Shown here: positions 36,813 through 45,851 of the stretch, piece by piece | Numbering within the stretch: position 1 is the stretch's first letter | Layout: every line of letters begins with the position of its first letter | From: Halorarum halobium | GTDB taxonomy: Archaea > Halobacteriota > Halobacteria > Halobacteriales > Haloferacaceae | Length of the DNA: 64,000 bases | NCBI RefSeq assembly: GCF_032116555.1 | Contig: NZ_CP134949.1 | Coordinates: 2,294,001 to 2,358,000, forward strand | Direction: 5' to 3' | Position numbers and translations under genes: made by a program | The notes under the pieces: model-generated | Seen by the model: only the letters and a program-made list of their open reading frames with translations | Told to the model about the DNA's origin: nothing | Databases searched by the model: none

Positions 36813-37544
36813 ATGACCGAACAACTGTATCTCGCGGACAGCACCGTCCGCGAGTTCGAGGCGACCGTCGACCGATCGCTCGACGAGCGAGTCGTGCTCG
36901 ACGGCACCCACTTCTACCCGACCGGCGGCGGCCAGCCGAACGACACCGGCACCCTCCGGTTCGACGGCGGGGAGGCGACGGTGACCGACGTGCGAAAGAG
37001 CGACACCGTCTACCATCACCTCGACGGGCCGGTTCCCGAGGAGGGGGCCACGGTCACGGGCGCGATCGACTGGGACCGCCGCGGGGCCCACATGCGGTAT
37101 CACACGGCCCAGCACCTCCTGTCGGCCGTGCTGCTTTCGGAGTTCGACGCGCCGACCGTCGGCAACCAGCTGTACGACGACCGCGCGCGGCTCGACGCCG
37201 AGCATCCGAAGTTCTCCGAGACCGACCTGGCGGACGTTGAGGTGCGGCTGAACGAACTCGTCGCGGACGCGCTCCCCGTCCGCCACTACACGATGGACCG
37301 CGAGGCCGCCGAGGCCGAACTCGACGTCGAGCGCACCCGGATCAACCTGCTCCCGTCCTCGATCACCGAACTCCGGATCGTTGAGATCGGGGGCGGTGGC
37401 GACGCCGACGGAACGGAGCCGTTCGATCGCACGGCCTGTGCCGGCACCCACGTCGGCTCCACCGGAGAGATCGGCGACGTGACCGTGACCGGCCGGACGA
37501 CCCAGGGGAGCGACACCGAGCGGGTCGAGTTCACGCTCGGGTAG
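36813..37544 (+). CDS. alaXM: Alanyl-tRNA editing protein AlaX-M
   Basis: FYPTGGGQPND, MRYHTAQHLL, CAGTHV. Confidence 0.93.
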   Translation: MTEQLYLADSTVREFEATVDRSLDERVVLDGTHFYPTGGGQPNDTGTLRFDGGEATVTDVRKSDTVYHHLDGPVPEEGATVTGAIDWDRRGAHMRYHTAQHLLSAVLLSEFDAPTVGNQLYDDRARLDAEHPKFSETDLADVEVRLNELVADALPVRHYTMDREAAEAELDVERTRINLLPSSITELRIVEIGGGGDADGTEPFDRTACAGTHVGSTGEIGDVTVTGRTTQGSDTERVEFTLG

Positions 37545-37659
37545 GTCCCACGACGACGACCGGGCGGCGGCCGTTTTCACCGCTGATACGCGGGGGCGAA
37601 CCCCTTTATGTCGGTTCGAAAAGAGGCTGGTAGCGGCACTGGGAGTGCGGACGAACACA

Positions 37660-38118
37660 ATGCTCAATCCGAGCGACTACGACCCGGAGGAGTTGCGGGC
37701 CCTGGCGGGAGCGGAAGCGCCGGCCCGCGAGCGCCGACGTGGGGACCGGTGGACGACACCGGACGACTTCCTCGTGCGGGCGGACGCGCGGGTCCGGGCC
37801 GCACAGCTCGAGGACGCCTTCGTCCTCCGTGCTGCGGCCGGCGGGGCCAGCAAGCCCTACCTCCCGAGTCTGCCGGACTCGGGGGTCGGGGCGCGGCTGG
37901 CGCTCGACTGGATCCGGTTCCTCGCCGACGTCGGCGGGCGCGACGGTGCCCGCGACGCGCTCGCGTACTACCGCGAGGTCGAGTGGCTCGGGGCGGACGC
38001 CGAGGAGGCGCTCGTCGCCCACCTGGAAGCGTTCCCCGAGGAGGGGAGCCGGCGGGTGGGAGCCGGTCACCATCGGACAAGCCTGTTGTTCGTCGCCCGC
38101 CTCGCCGCGCTCCGATAA
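37660..38118 (+). CDS. ArlD/ArlE (FlaD/E) C-terminal-domain protein
   Basis: KPYL..LP...LDWIRFL...LAYYREVEWL...HRTSLLFV pattern. Confidence 0.8.
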   Translation: MLNPSDYDPEELRALAGAEAPARERRRGDRWTTPDDFLVRADARVRAAQLEDAFVLRAAAGGASKPYLPSLPDSGVGARLALDWIRFLADVGGRDGARDALAYYREVEWLGADAEEALVAHLEAFPEEGSRRVGAGHHRTSLLFVARLAALR

Positions 38119-38120
38119 CC

Positions 38121-39185
38121 ATGGCAGCAGAATCAGACGCATCCGACGACAGCTTCGAATCCGGAGAACCGACCGCCGTCGGCGTCAAGCTCGGCTCGAC
38201 CCGAACGGTCCTGAAATACCCCGACGTGGACGGCGACCTCTCGACGGTCCGCTCGCTCACCTGTCTGGCGACCTACGAGGACGCCATCACGGGCGAGGAG
38301 CGCGCACTGTTCGGCGAACGGGCCGCCGCCGAGTACCCGGACCGCGTGGAGTACATGCTCCGGTCCGGGCTCCCGGAGGACGACGAGCGTGCCGAGCTCG
38401 CGGACCGCTACTTCCGCGAACTCGTCGACGCCAACAAGGTCCCCCGCGACAGCACGGTGGTGTACGCCGTGCCGACGATGGAGAACGACGCCGGGCTGGA
38501 GAACCTCACCGACGTCATCGAGTCCTCCCCCATCGGGGAGGTCCAGATGCGCTCGTACCCCGAGTCGCTCTGTGGCGCGGTTCCCGCGCTCGGTGACGGC
38601 GTGGAGGCGGTGAACGAGGTGTTCATCGCGGTCAACATGGGCTCGACGAACCTGGAGGCCTCGGCCTACCGCCGCGGCGACCAGCTCGTCCCGTTCTCGA
38701 CCGGCTCCATCACGGGCAACGACGTCGACCGTCGCATCGTGGCGAACGTCGAGGAGGAGACGCAGGGCCGGGTCCACGTCGACCTCACGACCGCCCGCGA
38801 GTACAAGGAGGAGCACGGCGACTTCGAGGGGTTCGAGCCGTTCTCGGACGTCGTCCAGCAGCCCGGCGGCGGCTCCCACGAGTTCACCATCGAGGACAGC
38901 GTGCAGGACGCGCTGAACTGGTACCTCGACGCGGCCGTCGACGCGGTCGCGAACGAGTTCCTCCCGGAGCTCGCCAACGACTTCATGAAGCCGTACCAGC
39001 TGGCGCTCTCGAACGACATCGCGCTCACCGGCGGGATGGCCTGCATCCCCGGCATGACCGAGGAGTTCGAGCGCCGCCTCTCCGAGGAGATCGACCGCGA
39101 GGTCGACGTCGTCTCGCCCGACGACCCGGACCTCGCCGCGACCGAGGGCGCGTACCGCATCGCCGAGCGGCTCGCGGGCCGGTAG
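38121..39185 (+). CDS. Actin-like ATPase (MamK/salactin-like)
   Basis: GVKLGSTRT (phosphate 1), YPESLCGA (connect 1), NMGSTNLE (phosphate 2), AREYKE, LTGGMACIPG (adenosine). Confidence 0.8.
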   Translation: MAAESDASDDSFESGEPTAVGVKLGSTRTVLKYPDVDGDLSTVRSLTCLATYEDAITGEERALFGERAAAEYPDRVEYMLRSGLPEDDERAELADRYFRELVDANKVPRDSTVVYAVPTMENDAGLENLTDVIESSPIGEVQMRSYPESLCGAVPALGDGVEAVNEVFIAVNMGSTNLEASAYRRGDQLVPFSTGSITGNDVDRRIVANVEEETQGRVHVDLTTAREYKEEHGDFEGFEPFSDVVQQPGGGSHEFTIEDSVQDALNWYLDAAVDAVANEFLPELANDFMKPYQLALSNDIALTGGMACIPGMTEEFERRLSEEIDREVDVVSPDDPDLAATEGAYRIAERLAGR

Positions 39186-39189
39186 GCCG

Positions 39190-39921
39190 ATGGCCGGGGG
39201 GTTCGAGTTCGGCGACGACGACGCGTCCGATACCGCGACGGCGCCGATCGACGTCGACGCCCCCGCCGACCTGGAGCCGCCCGACGACCGACGTCCTTCT
39301 CCGAGCACGCCGACCGCGTCGGACGCGAGCGGCCCCCGAACCAGCGACGGCGACCGCGCGGAGCGGGACCCCGATCCCGAACTCGACGCGCTCCTGTACG
39401 ACGGCGAGACCGCGGAAGCGAGCGTGCCGCTCGACGACGGGCGACTGGTCCGCACGAGCCATCGCCTGCTGCTCTACACGCCCGAGACCGACGGCCGGAC
39501 GCTGACGGTCGTGCAGGGGCCGAACGTCGAGGACGTCTCGCTCTCCGCGTCGGGGCGGGGCGCGTACGTCTCGCCGGCGCTGAAGTCGGTGCTCGTGGGC
39601 GGCGTCCTCCTCGCCGCGGGGTCGGTCGTCCCCGTGGACGGGATGGCCGGGGCCGCACCCTCGAGCGCCGGCGCGGGCGCGACGGGGATGGGCGGCACGA
39701 TAACGCTGCTGGGCGACGTCATGGGCGTCATCGCGCTGCTCGACGACGCGCTCCGGACGCTCGGGGCGCTCGTGCTCCTCGGCGGCGTGGCGCTGCTTGG
39801 ATTGTACCTGCGTTCGCGAAAACGGGAGGTCGTGGTTTCGGTGGCCGGCGACGAGGACCTCACCCTGCCGGCGGGCGGGGTGACGGAGGCCGACGTGGCA
39901 CGCGTCGCGGCCGGCCCGTGA
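39190..39921 (+). CDS. Hypothetical membrane protein (soluble N-domain plus 2 TM)
   Basis: Acidic ORF starting 5 bp after the actin-like gene. Confidence 0.7.
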   Translation: MAGGFEFGDDDASDTATAPIDVDAPADLEPPDDRRPSPSTPTASDASGPRTSDGDRAERDPDPELDALLYDGETAEASVPLDDGRLVRTSHRLLLYTPETDGRTLTVVQGPNVEDVSLSASGRGAYVSPALKSVLVGGVLLAAGSVVPVDGMAGAAPSSAGAGATGMGGTITLLGDVMGVIALLDDALRTLGALVLLGGVALLGLYLRSRKREVVVSVAGDEDLTLPAGGVTEADVARVAAGP

Positions 39922-39978
39922 TCCTCGTCGGAATCGCCGTCGCCGACCGGCGGGGCGGCGGATGCTCGCCCCGGGGAC

Positions 39979-41121
39979 TCAGAGGTCGCCGAGCTTTCGG
40001 AGCAACTGGCCGCGGTAGCGCTCGTCGGCGGTGACGCCCTTCAGTTCGAGGACGTTCCGCTCCAGTTTGTCGAGCGCGACGTGGAACGCGTGTTCCGCGC
40101 CGTACCCCTCGCCCGAGCCGGCGACCTGCCCGTGACTCGTCCGCAGGCGAATCTGTGCCTGGATGAGCGGCGTGCCGCGGAGCTTCTCCTTGTGCTCGTG
40201 GAACCGGACGTGCGCGTGCATCACGTGCATCTCCTGGTACTTCTCGGACACCTGCCCGATGGCCTCGCGGACCTCCTCGCGCGAGATGGTATCGAGCAGG
40301 TCGACGTTCGTGATCTGGACGTCCATCGCCTCCTCCTCGGTGAACGTGAGCGCGCGCAGCACGTCGGTCTTGGTGACGACGCCCGCGACGAGGCCGTCCT
40401 CGCCCGGCGGAGTGACGACGAGGCCGTTGACGTCGTTGTCGAGCATCCGTTCGACCGCCTCGCGGACCGAACTGTCCCGGGTCGTCGTCAGCACCGGGCT
40501 CGACATCATGTCGTACACCGGCAGGTCGAGCATCCGGTCGAGGTCGCCGCGGCGGTCGCCCCGTCCCTGGCGGTCGTCCTCGCGGACGACGAACTCGACG
40601 ATGTCGTGGGTGGTGAGCACGCCGGCCAGCGATCCGTCGCCGTTGACGACCGGAAGCCGGGAGATGCCGTGCTCGCGGAGACGGTTAATCGCCTGTCCGA
40701 CGCCCCCGTCCTCGCCGATGGAGACGACGTCGGCCGTGTAGATGTCCTCGACGTCGAGCGCGTCGAGGTTCTCGAGCACCGCCTCCAGGATGGCGTCCGC
40801 GGTGACGATGCCGTACAGCCGTTCCCCCTCGTACACGGGCGCGACTTTCACGTTCCCCTCGACGAGGACCCGTGCGACCTCGCGCACGTCCTCGTGGCGG
40901 CTCACCCTGGGGGCCGATTTCATCAGCGCGGTGGCCTTGGTGTCGTCGTCGACGCGCGACCGGACCAGGTCGCGCTCGCCGATGACACCCGCATACTCGC
41001 CGTCCTCGGTCACGATGATGCCCTTGGGATTCTCCCGCTCGAAGAGCGCGCGGATCTTCCCGAGTCGTTCGTCCGACGCCACCTCGACGAACTCCGGCAC
41101 GGCGATGTCTTCGATATCCAT
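39979..41121 (-). CDS. Four-CBS-domain protein with C-terminal HPF/RaiA-like domain
   Basis: CBS repeats (ISRLPVV, GVLTTHDI, GVVTKTDV); C-terminal ...GSGEGYGAEHAFHVALDKLERNV. Confidence 0.85.
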   Translation of the reverse strand: MDIEDIAVPEFVEVASDERLGKIRALFERENPKGIIVTEDGEYAGVIGERDLVRSRVDDDTKATALMKSAPRVSRHEDVREVARVLVEGNVKVAPVYEGERLYGIVTADAILEAVLENLDALDVEDIYTADVVSIGEDGGVGQAINRLREHGISRLPVVNGDGSLAGVLTTHDIVEFVVREDDRQGRGDRRGDLDRMLDLPVYDMMSSPVLTTTRDSSVREAVERMLDNDVNGLVVTPPGEDGLVAGVVTKTDVLRALTFTEEEAMDVQITNVDLLDTISREEVREAIGQVSEKYQEMHVMHAHVRFHEHKEKLRGTPLIQAQIRLRTSHGQVAGSGEGYGAEHAFHVALDKLERNVLELKGVTADERYRGQLLRKLGDL

Positions 41122-41371
41122 AACTCCGTCATGAGAGTAGGCCGGCCCGGGTCTTGAAGCTTGGTTACGGGTAGCATGGTCGGCGGACCGTCGGCCCTCG
41201 CGGGAGCCGAACGTTCATCAGGGAAGCCGGGGGCACTCGCCCCGTGATCTGACCATCGCCGTCGGCGGGTCCGCGGGTGTGTGGTCACCCCGTCGACGGA
41301 GGCCCGACGACCACCTGTTCGCCAGTGTGAAATCCCCGTCGCGTCCGACCGGCCGGGACGGGACCGGGGGG

Positions 41372-42220
41372 CTACCGGTCGGGGCTCCAGGCCCGTCCGA
41401 GCCGCGTGGCGCGGACCCGGTCGGCGACCTCTCCCGGCAGGGAACTGCGCGCGACGGCCACGCAGAAGGCCGCCAGCAGCGCCCCTGCGACGACGTCGGT
41501 CGCCCAGTGGATGCCGAGATACATCGTCGCCACGACGATGCTTCCCGCGAGGACGGGCGCGAGCACCGCCCAGACCGGATACACTCGCCGCGTCTGGAAC
41601 GCGAACGCGGCCGCGGTGAGCGCCAGCGACGTGTGCAGCGACGGGAACACGTTCGTGTTCGTGTTCACTTCGCTCACGAGCGCCTGGTACTGCGGGTACG
41701 TCGAGTACAGCAGCGGCTCCACCTGGTCGACGAGCAGGTTGCGCGGGCCGTAGGCGACGAAGACGGTGTAACAGGCCAGCCCGATAACGTAGTTCAGGCC
41801 GTACGCGACCGCCAGCTCGCGCAGCTGGTTCGGGTCCGGGTGGAGCAGGTAGGCGAGAAGCGGGAACACCAGCACGAACACGTAGCCGTACACGTAGACG
41901 AACGAGAAGTACGCCGTCCCGAGCGGGGTGGCGAACGACTGGAGCCACGGGACGAACCCGCCCTCCAGCGCATAGATGGAGCCGGTGATGTTCACGCCGA
42001 CCACCCACGACAGCGCGGGCACCTGATCGCGCAGCAGTCCGTTCACCAGCAGCACGACGCCGAGCGCGACGAACGCCGGCCCGACCTCCCGCAACCGACG
42101 GCGACCGTCGCGTCGGAGGGGGCCGAGGCCCGTCCCGCGGGCGAGCAGGAAGACCCCGGCGAGGACGAGCGCGCTCACGACGGCGACCACGTGGACGAGG
42201 ACCGAGACGAGGACGCTCAT
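41372..42220 (-). CDS. PAP2-superfamily membrane protein (phosphatase/IPC-synthase-like)
   Basis: GPRN, FPSLH, MYLGIHWATD motifs. Confidence 0.9.
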   Translation of the reverse strand: MSVLVSVLVHVVAVVSALVLAGVFLLARGTGLGPLRRDGRRRLREVGPAFVALGVVLLVNGLLRDQVPALSWVVGVNITGSIYALEGGFVPWLQSFATPLGTAYFSFVYVYGYVFVLVFPLLAYLLHPDPNQLRELAVAYGLNYVIGLACYTVFVAYGPRNLLVDQVEPLLYSTYPQYQALVSEVNTNTNVFPSLHTSLALTAAAFAFQTRRVYPVWAVLAPVLAGSIVVATMYLGIHWATDVVAGALLAAFCVAVARSSLPGEVADRVRATRLGRAWSPDR

Positions 42221-44238
42221 CAGCTCCTGAGTCGACCCTCCTCGTCGTAGCGGTAGCCCGCCTCACGAAACGCCCGTCGTGCGGCCGTCTCGTCCAGTTG
42301 GCCGTCCTCCCCGTGGAACCCCGCCTTGCGGGTCTCCGCGTCCCAGCGGAGGTCGGGCGCCTCCCACTCGGTCCCGGCCAGCGGCGTCGCCGCCGGACGC
42401 GCGTACCCGCCGAGCTGTTCGGCCGCAACCGCGCCAGCGTCGAGCAGCCCCGCGACCGCCTGCCTGAAGTGCGGGTTCGTGAGCGGCGAGCGCCGCATGT
42501 TGAACCCCAGGTGGTAGAACGACCACGAGCGGGCCGAGACCAGCCTGAGCGCGTTCGAGCGCCCGATCCGTGGCACCGTCGCGGGATCGAGCTGTGAGAC
42601 GGTCGCGTCGACGTCGCCCGCGGCCGCGAGTTCGACCGCGGTGGAGTCGGAGGGCGCTCGCTGCACGAGCAGTTCGTCGAACGCCGGCTTCCCGTGGAAC
42701 CGCTCCGGAACGTCCGCGGGCGGCCGTTCCCTGGCCAGGAAGTGGTCGGAGAACCGCGTGAACAGCGCCGACTCGCCGCCGCTCGCGCGCTCGAACGAGA
42801 GCGGCCCGCTGCCGACCGGTTCGGGGTTCATCCAGACGAGCGCCTCGGTGACGCCGTCGGTGCCGAAGCCGGGCACGTCGACCTCCCCGGTCCGCTCGGT
42901 CCAGATGTGCTGGGGGAGCAGCGGGACCGTGAGCGCCCGCGCCGCCACGGTTCGGCTGGGGACGGTGAACCGGAGTTCGGCCGTCAGCGGACCCGTCGCG
43001 GTAACCGAGTCGACGAGCGAGGACCGGCCGCGGAACCGCGGCGCGGGAACCGGCGAGTCCAGCCCGCCCATCGAGGTGTCCGCGAGGAACGCGTACGTGA
43101 ACGCCACGTCGTCGGCGGTGATCGGTTCGCCGTCGTGCCAGGTCAGCCCCTCGCGGAGCCGAACCGTCGCCACCGTCGGGTCGATCTCGTCGGCGTCGGT
43201 CGTCCCCTCCCCGACGGGCGCTTCCGTCCTCGTGTCCGTGCCGGCAGCGGCCGCCGTCCCCGTCTCGGCCTCGTCGCCTCGATCCGTGCCGGCCCCGCCG
43301 GCCCGATCCGTGTCGTCGCTCACGCCGCCATCCCAGGTCCACTCGGACGCGAGCCACGGGCGTACGGCGCCGGCGTACTGGCGGGCGAGCGGGTCGTACA
43401 GCAGGCCGGTGAACGTGCCGGTGTCGCGGAACTCGGCGGCGACCGGGTTGCGGTTCTCCGTGATCCGACCGTCCGTCGTCGCCAGTCCGAGCCTCGTCGG
43501 CTCCGCTCCCGACCCGTCGGGAGTCGTGACCGGCGTCGCGGTCCCGCCCTGACCGCCCGGCCCGGCACCGTCGTCCCCGGCGGGGTCGGTCCCGTCGGTC
43601 GCCGTCCGGTCGAGCCCCAGCAGCCCCAGCGGCGTGTCGAAGCCGTCGGTCGCGCCGAGCCACCCCTCGTACTCGCCGAGGCGAACCGCCGAGAGTTCGT
43701 CGGGGAACGCGAGCGTCGAGAACGGGAGGATCTCGGCGATCGTGCGCTGGAGCTCCATCACCGCGTCGCGCCGTCGCTGGCCGGACGTCATCCGCTGTCT
43801 GTCGAGCAGTTCATCGAGCGCGAGGTCGGTACAGCCGAAGGGGTTTTGCCACCCCGGCTCGCTCGTGAACTTCGAGTGGATCATCGGGTAGAGCTCGTCG
43901 GGGTCGATGAGCGTCGAGGCGGGATAGCGCCCGACGTAGAGGTCGAACTCGTTGTTGATGAGCACCTGCCGGTGGAGTTCCTCGACGGCGACCGGCGTCA
44001 CGCGAGCGCCGACGCCGACGGTCCGGAGGTTCTCGGCGAGCGTCCGGGCGATCTGGATCCCGACCGGATCGGCGTCCGCGGGCGCTGCTTTGATGTCGAC
44101 CGCGACCCGGTCGCTAGAATCCCGGCCGGCGACGCTGCGGATCCGGTCGAGACAGCCGCCCGTCGCCGCGGTTCCGGCGGTCGCCGCGAGCGCGGCGAGC
44201 GTCCGACGGCGCGTCGCGACTGGGAGGGCAGGTGTCAT
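42220..44238 (-). CDS. ABC-type substrate-binding lipoprotein, family 5 (DppA/OppA-like, stand-alone)
   Basis: TRRR...GGC Tat lipobox; LREGLTWHDGEPITADDVAFT; PVGSGP; stop overlaps the PAP2 start. Confidence 0.88.
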   Translation of the reverse strand: MTPALPVATRRRTLAALAATAGTAATGGCLDRIRSVAGRDSSDRVAVDIKAAPADADPVGIQIARTLAENLRTVGVGARVTPVAVEELHRQVLINNEFDLYVGRYPASTLIDPDELYPMIHSKFTSEPGWQNPFGCTDLALDELLDRQRMTSGQRRRDAVMELQRTIAEILPFSTLAFPDELSAVRLGEYEGWLGATDGFDTPLGLLGLDRTATDGTDPAGDDGAGPGGQGGTATPVTTPDGSGAEPTRLGLATTDGRITENRNPVAAEFRDTGTFTGLLYDPLARQYAGAVRPWLASEWTWDGGVSDDTDRAGGAGTDRGDEAETGTAAAAGTDTRTEAPVGEGTTDADEIDPTVATVRLREGLTWHDGEPITADDVAFTYAFLADTSMGGLDSPVPAPRFRGRSSLVDSVTATGPLTAELRFTVPSRTVAARALTVPLLPQHIWTERTGEVDVPGFGTDGVTEALVWMNPEPVGSGPLSFERASGGESALFTRFSDHFLARERPPADVPERFHGKPAFDELLVQRAPSDSTAVELAAAGDVDATVSQLDPATVPRIGRSNALRLVSARSWSFYHLGFNMRRSPLTNPHFRQAVAGLLDAGAVAAEQLGGYARPAATPLAGTEWEAPDLRWDAETRKAGFHGEDGQLDETAARRAFREAGYRYDEEGRLRS

Positions 44239-44456
44239 CGGCTCCCCACACACTACGCCGCAGAGCCGTTTAATCGTTCCGCGACCCGGCGATACCGGCC
44301 CGATGTCGACACGATCGTGACGGCTTCGTGACCGGCCGTCGAGCCGTCGTCGGGGCCGGTTTCGGCGGTTCCGACGCGTCTGCCCGGAATCGGGGGAGCC
44401 GTCGATCGTCCGAGCAGGCACAAGCGTTTTTCCCGCGGTTGGCGATTGATGAACAC

Positions 44457-45851
44457 GTGAACAGCGGGACCCCGCGGCGGGTGACACTGGCGGCGCTCAC
44501 CGTGCTGGCCGCGGCCGTGCTCGTCGGCGGCTACGCGACGGCCCAGTTGACCGGCGAGGGCGTCAGGGGCGACCCCGCCGTCGAGCGGGCGTTCCGCTCG
44601 GGCGACGCCGGCCAGGTGGTCGGGGAGCGGGACGCGATCACCGTCGTCGCCACGGACTCGACGGCGTTCGTGAGCGACGAGGGGTCGGGGCCCAGGCGAC
44701 TCGCGGAACTCGTCGCGTTCGCCCCCGACGGCAGCGTCTACTACTACGACGACGACCACACGCGCTACTGGGACGTCGACCCGTTCGAGGGGACGAACGC
44801 CACCGTCGAGTACGTGTACGCCGACCACCTCGACGCCGACGAGTGTGGCGCGGAGACGGTGTGTACCCGGAACGGCGTGGAGCGGGTGAACCTCACCACC
44901 GGCGAGGTGACCGACGTGTACAGCCGCATCACGCCGGGCAAGCATTCGACGCGCTGGCACGACGTCGACCGCGTCGACGACGAGCGCCTGCTGGTCGCCG
45001 ACATCTTCCGCGACCGCGTCTACGTCGTCAACACGACGACGGGGCTCGTCGAGTGGGAGTGGGACGCACAGAGCGAGTTCGACCCCGAGAGCGGCGGCCC
45101 GTACCCCGACGACTGGACCCACCTCAACGACGTCGAACTCGTCGAGATCGACGGCAGGGAGGCGGCCATGGTGAGCCTGCGGAACCACGACCAGGTCGTC
45201 TTCGTCGGCTTCGAGCGCGGCCTGCTGGACGAGTGGACGCTCGGGAGCGACGACGACCACGACGTCCTGTACGAGCAGCACAACCCCGACTTCATCCCCG
45301 CCGAGCGGGGCGGCCCCGCGGTCCTGGTCGCCGACTCCGAGCACGGGCGGGTCGTCGAGTACCAGCGCGTCGACGGCGAGTGGGAGCGGTCGTGGGTGTG
45401 GGCCGACCAGCGACTCACGTGGCCCCGCGACGCCGACAGGCTGCCGAACGGCCACACGCTCGTCACCGACTCGAACGGCGACCGCGTCCTCGAGGTGGAC
45501 CGGTCGGGCGAGGTCGTCTGGAGCGCGGACGTCGGCTTCCCGTACGAGTCCGAACGGCTCGGGACGGGCGACGAGAGCGCGGGCGGGGAAAGCGCCGCGT
45601 CGCTGGGGCTCGCTTCCCAGGAACCGCCCGCCGCACGCGGCGAGGGCGACGCCGTCTCCCGGGTCGCTGCGGCGGCACCACCCTCACTCGTGAACGCCGT
45701 CGCGTACGTGCTGCCGCCGTGGATGGGGGTTCCCAAGGTGCTCGCCGCCCTCGTTCTGCTCGTCGTCGCCCCCTGGTGGCTGCTCGTGGAATACCGCCGG
45801 AGTGCGTACGAACTGTCCGTCCGCTCGCCGCTCACGGTGCGGCGGCGATGA
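44457..45851 (+). CDS. Arylsulfotransferase (ASST)-like beta-propeller, membrane anchored
   Basis: RWHDVD, DWTHLNDV, SLRN, EQHNPD, WPRDADRLPNGHTLVTD. Confidence 0.8.
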   Translation: MNSGTPRRVTLAALTVLAAAVLVGGYATAQLTGEGVRGDPAVERAFRSGDAGQVVGERDAITVVATDSTAFVSDEGSGPRRLAELVAFAPDGSVYYYDDDHTRYWDVDPFEGTNATVEYVYADHLDADECGAETVCTRNGVERVNLTTGEVTDVYSRITPGKHSTRWHDVDRVDDERLLVADIFRDRVYVVNTTTGLVEWEWDAQSEFDPESGGPYPDDWTHLNDVELVEIDGREAAMVSLRNHDQVVFVGFERGLLDEWTLGSDDDHDVLYEQHNPDFIPAERGGPAVLVADSEHGRVVEYQRVDGEWERSWVWADQRLTWPRDADRLPNGHTLVTDSNGDRVLEVDRSGEVVWSADVGFPYESERLGTGDESAGGESAASLGLASQEPPAARGEGDAVSRVAAAAPPSLVNAVAYVLPPWMGVPKVLAALVLLVVAPWWLLVEYRRSAYELSVRSPLTVRRR

